Origin: Pseudobdellovibrionaceae bacterium
Lineage (GTDB): Bacteria > Bdellovibrionota > Bdellovibrionia > Bdellovibrionales > UBA1609
Direction: 5' to 3'
Assembly (NCBI GenBank): GCA_030591685.1
Contig: JAUVAX010000027.1
Span: forward strand, 1-33,954
DNA length: 33,954 nt
Shown here: piece by piece, positions 27,123 through 33,954 of the stretch
How positions within the stretch are numbered: the first letter of the stretch is position 1
How the letters are laid out: the number at the start of each line of letters is the position of its first letter
Program-made: the position numbers and the translations under genes
The notes under the pieces: generated by a model
What the model was told of the DNA's origin: nothing
Database searches by the model: none
What the model saw: the letters and a program-made list of their open reading frames with translations, nothing else

Positions 27123-28472
27123 TCATAACGCTTGCTTCTTGGCTATAAACCTTAAGCAAGAATAAAAAACAAGGGCAGAAACTACAACATATGAGATGGA
27201 TGTGGACAGGGCAATTCCAGAAATACCAAAGAACTTAATTAAAATAATATTTCCTAGTATATTAAACACAAAACTAACTAGCACAATTTTTAAATTTAAG
27301 CTCCCTAAGAAATTAGAATTTAAAAACCTCACTCCGATCATTGAAACCAAATAAAAAGGGATCTGCAAAGCAAACATGGCTTGAACCTTAGAGACCTCTA
27401 GAACATCCTTTGGGTTAAAATCCCCATGTAAGTACAAAAGTTTCACTAGGGGCTGTGACAAGAGGATGATTGAAAGAGCCACCACAGACCCTACTAAAAA
27501 TACAGTCAAAGAGACCCTTTTTAATCTATTATAAGCCAGTGTGTATTTTTTTTGGGACATCAGTTCTGAATAATCAACTAAAAAAACCAAGCTGAGCGAA
27601 GAACCTATTATAAAGTTAAATAAATTAACAACCTTAAGGCCAAATAAAAGTGTCGACATACTGCCTTTACCAAGTGCCGAGGCCATGTTTTGATCCACAA
27701 CGATAATGAAGTACAAAACAACTGAGGAGAGGGCTAAAAAAGAAAATTCTTTTATAAATCCTTTTATTTCAGGGCTCCATTTTATTTTAATATGAAAATA
27801 ATTATACCTTTTAGATGATATAAAAAATAGCAAACAAAACTCGACAGCATGAGCCACAATTAAACCATAGAGTAAGCTTTTAATCCCCAGGCTTTCATTT
27901 AATAAATATAGTGAACTAATAACAACGACTAAAGATATATTGTTTAAAATCGAAGGCAAAACATAATTTTTGTATGAGTGTAAAGAAGATCTAATAAAAG
28001 CACACATTATTATAAAAAATTGTGCAATAAGGATTAATGGCAAAAGCTCTGTGCTTAACGTTGCGATTTCGTAATTTCTGACAATTAATTGTGCAAGAGG
28101 TGATCTGAAAAAATATATAATTAATAAAACAAGAGTTGAGGACACTAAACTTATGGTAAAGAGGGTTAAGTAGCTGTCTTGCTCATTATTTTTACATCTC
28201 TCCTTTAATAAAAAGGGGATCAAAACGCTCGGCACTACACTAATAAAAATTGATAATAAAAACCCTGGGATCATCCATGCCCCAAAATAGGCATCCACCT
28301 CTATACCCACACCAAATATCCATGCCATCAACAGGTCACGAGCGGCTAACAATAAGCCCGCCACTAAGTTAAAAACAGAAAGCACGGTGAGTGGGCCTAG
28401 TAATTTTTTAAAATCTACTAAAAATAAAGAAAGGGTTTTACTCAAGAACAATCCTCTATTAGTCTGGTACAT
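27123..28472 (-). CDS. MurJ/MviN-like MOP flippase (polysaccharide export)
   Basis: RDLLMAWIFGVGIEVDAYFGAWMIP is a MurJ-type N-terminal motif; 12-13 TM segments; GIALSTS. Confidence 0.8.
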   Translation of the reverse strand: MYQTNRGLFLSKTLSLFLVDFKKLLGPLTVLSVFNLVAGLLLAARDLLMAWIFGVGIEVDAYFGAWMIPGFLLSIFISVVPSVLIPFLLKERCKNNEQDSYLTLFTISLVSSTLVLLIIYFFRSPLAQLIVRNYEIATLSTELLPLILIAQFFIIMCAFIRSSLHSYKNYVLPSILNNISLVVVISSLYLLNESLGIKSLLYGLIVAHAVEFCLLFFISSKRYNYFHIKIKWSPEIKGFIKEFSFLALSSVVLYFIIVVDQNMASALGKGSMSTLLFGLKVVNLFNFIIGSSLSLVFLVDYSELMSQKKYTLAYNRLKRVSLTVFLVGSVVALSIILLSQPLVKLLYLHGDFNPKDVLEVSKVQAMFALQIPFYLVSMIGVRFLNSNFLGSLNLKIVLVSFVFNILGNIILIKFFGISGIALSTSISYVVVSALVFYSCLRFIAKKQAL

Positions 28473-28516
28473 GTGATTCTATAATGCTATAAACATGAGT
28501 GCAATGGGCTTTTTAT

Positions 28517-29626
28517 ATGAATATTGCTTTTTTTACACAGGAGCTAAATACAGGTGGTGCTGAGACTCAACTCTTAGTCTTAGCAAAGGAGCTCAAACAC
28601 CGTGGCCATGATATTCATATCATTACATACTACAAGGGCATTAACGACGACCTTGCAAAAAAAATGGGCTTTAAAACTTTTGTTGTTCGCAAGAACAAGC
28701 ACTTCACCCCATTCTCTCTGATTTATCAGACCATAAGGTACTTAAAGAGTAATAATATACAAATTCTTCATAGCTACCTAGCTGTGCCTAATCTCTATGC
28801 CTCTATAGTTAAAATTTTTTATCCTAAAATTATAGTGGCCTGGGGGCTTCGAGACTCAAAGCGATTTAAATCACTGTCTATTAAAGATAAACTTGGGTTT
28901 CTTCTCTCAATTCCACTTTCTATATTTTCTGACGTTATTATATGCAATTCAATTTGTGGTCGCATGACTTACTCCAAATTTTACCCGGTTAAAAAAATTT
29001 TTACTATATTTAATGGCATTGACACCAAAAAGTTTGTTATTTTTAAAAATCATAAAACTGACAGCGAAAAACCACGTTTAATAAAAATTGGTCTTCCTGC
29101 ACGCCTAACTGAAGTCAAAGACCACCTCACATTTATCAAAGCTATTTTTATTTTAAATAAATCTCTTAAGCATTTATCTGTCACCTGCATAGGGGTTGAT
29201 AATATTTCATTGCGAAATCGCCTACAGCATCAAATAAAAGCTATGGGCCTTAGCGAGCTTTGGACTTGGCGTAGCTTCACTCAAGATATGACGCAATTTT
29301 ATAATGATCTTGATGTCACCGTGCTTTCTTCAATATCTGAAGGGTTTCCAAATGTTTTAGCCGAATCCATGAGCTGTGGCACAGCTTCTGTTTCAACTGA
29401 TGCCGGTGATGCCTCTGTTATTATTGATAATGACTTATTTATTTCGCCAATCAAGGACCCTAAATCTCTAGCTAGTGCCATAGAGAACGCCTGCACAAGC
29501 TCTGTAAACAAAGAGCATCTTAGAGAACAAATAGTATGCCGCTTTAGCGTCAACAAGCTGGCCACAAATACTGAAAGTCTTTTAGAGCAAACTTTACTTA
29601 ATGCCTCTTATACAGGCCCGGCCTGA
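28517..29626 (+). CDS. Glycosyltransferase family 4
   Basis: GGAETQ, ARLTEVKDH, EGFPNVLAESM and TDAGD. The ORF track starts at 28499. Confidence 0.9.
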   Translation: MNIAFFTQELNTGGAETQLLVLAKELKHRGHDIHIITYYKGINDDLAKKMGFKTFVVRKNKHFTPFSLIYQTIRYLKSNNIQILHSYLAVPNLYASIVKIFYPKIIVAWGLRDSKRFKSLSIKDKLGFLLSIPLSIFSDVIICNSICGRMTYSKFYPVKKIFTIFNGIDTKKFVIFKNHKTDSEKPRLIKIGLPARLTEVKDHLTFIKAIFILNKSLKHLSVTCIGVDNISLRNRLQHQIKAMGLSELWTWRSFTQDMTQFYNDLDVTVLSSISEGFPNVLAESMSCGTASVSTDAGDASVIIDNDLFISPIKDPKSLASAIENACTSSVNKEHLREQIVCRFSVNKLATNTESLLEQTLLNASYTGPA

Positions 29627-30890
29627 TATATAAAACATAGTAGGGCAATAAAATTAATAAGGGGAATATCTGCAAACGAAACCTAATTGCTGTCCCTAAA
29701 TTTTGATAAGAGACAAACCCGTACATTAGGGACCACACTATAAGCAAAGAAAAAGAAAACACAATAAATCGATCTTTAAAAAAAGAAATGTTGAAATATA
29801 AGCACATGTAAGCAAAGACAACGAGTAAAACAGCATTTTCTATCCCTACCATAATGCCAAAAACATTATTAATTTCTCCGGGAAGTGGTCTGAAAACAGC
29901 GGCAAACATACCTTTTGGAGCAAAAACGATAAGATCTTTAAAGCTTTTAAACTCTGGCACCTCTTGGCGAGCGCCCCCTGTATTCCATGATTTTGAAAGT
30001 CTATTCATGCTATTTACCACATCGACCCCAGAACCAATTTTCATTTGAGTCTGCACATATGTGAACCCGCTAAAAAGAGTGGCACCTAACAAACCTATTG
30101 AAATTATTTTAACAAAAATGCGCCGATTAGAAGAAAAAATATACGTAAAAACATAAGGAGTCATTAATATGGGCACAAGCCACATTCGGATACTCCCTGC
30201 AATGAACACCCCCATTAGAATGCATGCGACGTATTTAAACTTTTGAACCCTTAGGGAGGAAAACGCACCAAAGGCAAATAACCCTATGCCAAAGATTACA
30301 ATAGGGTCCTTATTTAATATTGATGACCAAAAAATTGATGATGGAAACAGGCCTAAAAGCCAGAGCATTTTTACACTGTGTTTCTTTATATAAGCAGCAA
30401 ACCCATAATAAAATAATAGTAAACCCATTAACCCTACAAAAGACCATAAAACTTTAAGTGCGTGATACGACTCCATCAAGGGCAAAGCTTTGTTTGCAAG
30501 CCAAACCAACCAGACTAAGTTATAGGTGCCGTGCCCAAATTTTAACTCATAAATAAAATTAGGCTTTATGCCTTGCTTATAATACCAGTAAGCATCTAGG
30601 TTATAGGCGTACTCATAGTACAACATAAAACCTAGGGTGACGGCACACTTACAAATCCAAATTAAAATGATACTTCTATGGATCTCTTTCGAAAAGGGGA
30701 TCACAAGTAACAACACCGTCAAGCCTAAAGCCCAGATGGCCCCATCAATATACTCAGAAATCAAATTTTGACTAGGGATGTGCTGACCAAAGGCGGGCAC
30801 ATATTTTAACATTAAAGAGAACAGTACCCCCACAAAAAGGGCTGAGAATATAATTAAAACTAGTTTTTTAGACTGATCTGCATTCGACAT
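29598..30890 (-). CDS. Putative Wzy-like polysaccharide polymerase / GT-C membrane protein
   Basis: About 11 TM segments, DAYWY loop, WSSILNKD, FRPLP and NLGTAIRFR; position within the locus. Confidence 0.6.
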   Translation of the reverse strand: MSNADQSKKLVLIIFSALFVGVLFSLMLKYVPAFGQHIPSQNLISEYIDGAIWALGLTVLLLVIPFSKEIHRSIILIWICKCAVTLGFMLYYEYAYNLDAYWYYKQGIKPNFIYELKFGHGTYNLVWLVWLANKALPLMESYHALKVLWSFVGLMGLLLFYYGFAAYIKKHSVKMLWLLGLFPSSIFWSSILNKDPIVIFGIGLFAFGAFSSLRVQKFKYVACILMGVFIAGSIRMWLVPILMTPYVFTYIFSSNRRIFVKIISIGLLGATLFSGFTYVQTQMKIGSGVDVVNSMNRLSKSWNTGGARQEVPEFKSFKDLIVFAPKGMFAAVFRPLPGEINNVFGIMVGIENAVLLVVFAYMCLYFNISFFKDRFIVFSFSLLIVWSLMYGFVSYQNLGTAIRFRLQIFPLLILLPYYVLYIRPGLYKRH

Positions 30891-31016
30891 TAATTCACTT
30901 TATACCTCAAAATAGAATATAACGAAATCATCTCATAATTCTGGACCTATGACTCGCCATAAAAGCTAATAAACTTATGAAATCACACCGAAAAGAAATT
31001 TAAGGTACACGACTAT

Positions 31017-33038
31017 ATGAATAATGAATTAATATCTAACAGTTCAATAATTAAAAGTATTATTTCCTTAATATCAAGGAACTATGTGCTTATTATAATG
31101 ATCGTTGCCTTAGCAACACTTTCTGCAATTTTACATCACAAACTAAACCCATCATTTAAAGCCAATGCTCGGTTACACATACAGTCCCCTGAGGATAGTC
31201 CATTAATGTCTTCTATGGCCAGAATTAGTGGGAACCCGGCCCAAAGATATTCTGACACTGATTATGCCGATAAATACATAAAGATTTTATATTCAAATGG
31301 CTTTAATCAATTTTTATATCGAAATATTCTAAAAAATATCCCCTCAGTGAGAAAACTTTTACCTAATTTAAAGTTTAAAAACAAAAAAAATCTTGCCGAA
31401 CTCGCCTCCGAGCAACTCACTGTTTCGAGTCAATTTAGAAAGTCTGATTACGATATAATCACAGTGAGCGCGTGGAGTAAAAAACCCAAACAAGCTGTGG
31501 CCATTGCCAACTACATGAGTAAAGTGGCCACGTTGGCTATAGTAGAGTTCGAACAACTTGAGATCCAAGAGGCCTATAAGTATCTCTTATCTGAGGACAT
31601 GAAAACCTATCAAAGAATCACATCACTCAATAAATCACTTGAAGAATTTAAGAAAAAAGAAATTGTAAATCACCAGGCTACCGCCGAGTCTAGCATAAAC
31701 AAGCTTCAAGAAGAGCTAGAGCTAGCAAATGTAAAGGTCGAACAAAATAACCTGTTGGCTCATCAAATTAAAACACGTGCTCAATCAATAATAAGTGCAA
31801 ATCCTCAACTTAGAAACGTAGCCTCAGTAAATGGGAACTTTATGAATCATCGAGGTAAATTACTAGACACCATCAACTACCTCAAAGAGCAAAATCAAAC
31901 CCTTCAGGCCCATATCAAAGCCCTCTCTAATAGGCTGCAGATCCTTTACTCTAAAAGGACACCAAAATATGAACAAAAAATATATGAACTTAATAAACAA
32001 CTTGAACTGGAGCACACCTTTTACCAGTCAATAAAGAAGCAAATTTTTGACTCTAGTGTTCAAAAAATAGCTATTAAAAATAGAGTAAGGGCTTATGACC
32101 CTGCATCCTCTAAACAGGTCAGCGCGCAAATCCCGCTCTCAAAAAAGGTTCTATTTGTTATTATTTCATCCTTTTCAATTGTTATCATTTTTCTATATAT
32201 GTGGGAGCAACTCCACCCTGTTATCCTATCAAGAACAGAGCTCGCTGAATTAGGGATGTTTTACTTGGGACATATCCCAAAAATTTTAAAGGGCAAGGAT
32301 AAAGCCCTTGGAATTAGTCGATACATAAACAAGACAAAATACCCCACGCACTCCAAGTTTGACTCTGAAGCCGCCATGGCCTTTAGATACTTAAGAACAC
32401 GGATTTTACAATCCTTTGCTCTAAAAGACGGTGGAAAGGTCATTTCAGTTATTAGCCCCACAGCAAATGATGGTAAATCAGTAGTGTCTTCGAATATCGC
32501 TCTGAGCTTTTCACATTTAAGAAAAAGAGTCCTTGTTGTGGATGCTGATTTTAGAAAGGCCTCTTTAGATGAAGTCTTTAATGTGGGTTCAAATGTAGGT
32601 ATTTTTGATTATTTTTCTCGGAAAATCCCGTTGAGTGATATTATTCAAACAACTAAGTTCAAGAATCTTGATTTCGTATCCTCTGGAACATATTCAGAAA
32701 ATCAGCCGGATGCCATTAATAGTGAAAACATCAAAGACCTCCTCGATGAACTTAAACTTCACTATGATGTCATTGTGATAGACACCCCAGCCTTTCAGGT
32801 CAGTCCTGAGGCCCTTTTAATCACCGAACACGCCGACATTCCACTGCTTGTTTCTAAATACGGAAAAACGCAGTCTAATGATTTAGCAGAGCTTGTTGAA
32901 ATCCTCCATTATCATAATGTTGAAAGCATTTACTCTGTTATAAATGAATTTTCTACTGGCATCAGCGGATCCACAAACCTCTACTATGTGAACTCAAAAA
33001 AAATGCAACAACGGAGCGCTGCTAATGATGATTTTTAA
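31017..33038 (+). CDS. Wzc-like chain-length regulator / tyrosine autokinase
   Basis: Two TM segments flanking a coiled-coil periplasmic domain; Walker A SPTANDGKS, A' VDAD and B VIDTP. Confidence 0.88.
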   Translation: MNNELISNSSIIKSIISLISRNYVLIIMIVALATLSAILHHKLNPSFKANARLHIQSPEDSPLMSSMARISGNPAQRYSDTDYADKYIKILYSNGFNQFLYRNILKNIPSVRKLLPNLKFKNKKNLAELASEQLTVSSQFRKSDYDIITVSAWSKKPKQAVAIANYMSKVATLAIVEFEQLEIQEAYKYLLSEDMKTYQRITSLNKSLEEFKKKEIVNHQATAESSINKLQEELELANVKVEQNNLLAHQIKTRAQSIISANPQLRNVASVNGNFMNHRGKLLDTINYLKEQNQTLQAHIKALSNRLQILYSKRTPKYEQKIYELNKQLELEHTFYQSIKKQIFDSSVQKIAIKNRVRAYDPASSKQVSAQIPLSKKVLFVIISSFSIVIIFLYMWEQLHPVILSRTELAELGMFYLGHIPKILKGKDKALGISRYINKTKYPTHSKFDSEAAMAFRYLRTRILQSFALKDGGKVISVISPTANDGKSVVSSNIALSFSHLRKRVLVVDADFRKASLDEVFNVGSNVGIFDYFSRKIPLSDIIQTTKFKNLDFVSSGTYSENQPDAINSENIKDLLDELKLHYDVIVIDTPAFQVSPEALLITEHADIPLLVSKYGKTQSNDLAELVEILHYHNVESIYSVINEFSTGISGSTNLYYVNSKKMQQRSAANDDF

Positions 33039-33525
33039 ACCCTTAGTACTTTTTGTTTCTGTTATGTTTGTTAGCACCCAATTATGGGCGCAAAATCCAT
33101 TTTCTAATACCAATTTAGATGTTGATAAATATAGATCCAGAATAAGTGAGTATTTTTACTCCCCGACAGGGATAGAAATACTACAACCCGTTAAAATTTT
33201 AGGCAGTGTTGCCAAGCCTGGACTTTACCACTTGCCAAATAAAACCAGTATTACAACGCTACTTTCAATTACTGGGGGAACTATTAAAAATGCCAACACC
33301 AAGAAAATTTATATCACCAGTTTAAATGGAGAAAAAAAAGAGCTCAGCCTGCACGATTTAATGACCACTCAAAATGATGTTATTTTAAAAACCGGTGATA
33401 TTATTTATATCCCTGAAAAGGAACATTACTTCGACCAGTCCACTGTAAATGCAACAACTACTATTACTGGCATAATCAGCCTTGTTCTAACCGCCATTCT
33501 GGTCAACGAGCAGCTTAAAAATTAA
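33025..33525 (+). CDS. Short Wza-like SLBB-domain polysaccharide export protein
   Basis: Signal peptide, GSVAKPGLY, GG, LKTGDIIYIP and a C-terminal amphipathic helix. Confidence 0.75.
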   Translation: MMIFKPLVLFVSVMFVSTQLWAQNPFSNTNLDVDKYRSRISEYFYSPTGIEILQPVKILGSVAKPGLYHLPNKTSITTLLSITGGTIKNANTKKIYITSLNGEKKELSLHDLMTTQNDVILKTGDIIYIPEKEHYFDQSTVNATTTITGIISLVLTAILVNEQLKN

Positions 33526-33560
33526 AAAAAAAACCGCTCCTCTAAAGGTGCGGTTTTTTT
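33524..33560. terminator. Bidirectional rho-independent terminator
   Basis: A-run, ACCGCTCCT-CTAA-AGGTGCGGT, T-run, between convergent genes. Confidence 0.8.
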
Positions 33561-33605
33561 AATTCTCAGTTTTATTAATCTTTAAAGTCTAACTCTTTTT
33601 GAATA

Positions 33606-33954
33606 TTAAAGTAAACTCTCTATTTCTAAATCTGTTAAGTGATGCATATGAGGGTTATTCTTACAAGCTCCTGTTTTTTTGGCTTCTTTTATTTCAAATA
33701 CTCCACTTTCAGCAATTAAACCCTCGCAAGCATGCCTGCTCATGCACACCATTTCTGGCACTCCAGTTTCAGAGTTTAAACCACCCTCAAATGAAAGAGA
33801 TACTCTTGTACTATTCCCCATTCCGTTGTCAATGACACATGTGTAGTCCATAGCTCCTTGCTCTTGCTGAGAACCTTCATCGGATCCCTCATCAGAACCT
33901 TCATCGGATCCCTCATCAGAACCTTCATCGGATCCCTCATCAGAACCTTCATCG
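33606..33954 (-). CDS. Hypothetical protein with (DEGS)n linker and Cys-rich C-terminal domain, partial (start beyond the right edge)
   Basis: The frame is open from the window edge: ...DEGSDEGS...QQEQGAMDYTCVID...VCMSRHACEG...GACKNNP...; 4 Cys in the C-terminal domain. Confidence 0.7.
   Translation of the reverse strand, partial: DEGSDEGSDEGSDEGSDEGSDEGSDEGSQQEQGAMDYTCVIDNGMGNSTRVSLSFEGGLNSETGVPEMVCMSRHACEGLIAESGVFEIKEAKKTGACKNNPHMHHLTDLEIESLL
33870..33954 (+). repeat. 24-bp perfect tandem repeat (at least 3.5 copies), coding (DEGS)n on the minus strand
   Basis: AGAACCTTCATCGGATCCCTCATC at 33870, 33894 and 33918, with a partial copy at 33942. Confidence 0.92.

Noticed and set aside
378..33835. 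Short antisense or nested ORFs in the track (e.g. 378-578, 751-984, 4104-4403, 9055-9336, 19176-19583, 19843-20103, 33599-33835)
   Set aside because: They overlap well-supported genes and carry no motifs; none has a lasso leader.
33870..33954. CRISPR array
   Set aside because: The repeats are contiguous with no spacers, are in frame within a CDS, and no cas genes are present.

Overview
AT-rich bacterial window; the gene style suggests Bdellovibrionota, but this is inference only. The left third holds housekeeping and accessory genes: tryptophanase, dnaE, a VAT-1-like oxidoreductase, a putative exported ferritin-like diiron protein, tRNA-Ala(GGC), DUF2227 and arsC. From 12.4 to 33.5 kb lies a Wzy/Wzc/Wza-type surface-polysaccharide locus (WbpO/WbpP-like enzymes, WecA-like transferase, three GT4s, amidotransferase, MurJ-like flippase). 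A complete lasso-peptide RiPP cluster is embedded in it and apparently co-transcribed with glycan genes: HPr-kinase-like kinase, RRE/B1, B2 peptidase, lasso cyclase, plus an adjacent ABC transporter and nucleotidyltransferase. The standout is that the only lasso precursor found (YxxPxLxxxGxxxxxT leader plus a core with Asp9) is fused in frame to the N-terminus of a PRMT-fold SAM methyltransferase with a remodelled active site. An A7 run at the junction would give a stand-alone 55-aa precursor if read in the -1 frame, so the fusion needs read-level confirmation.
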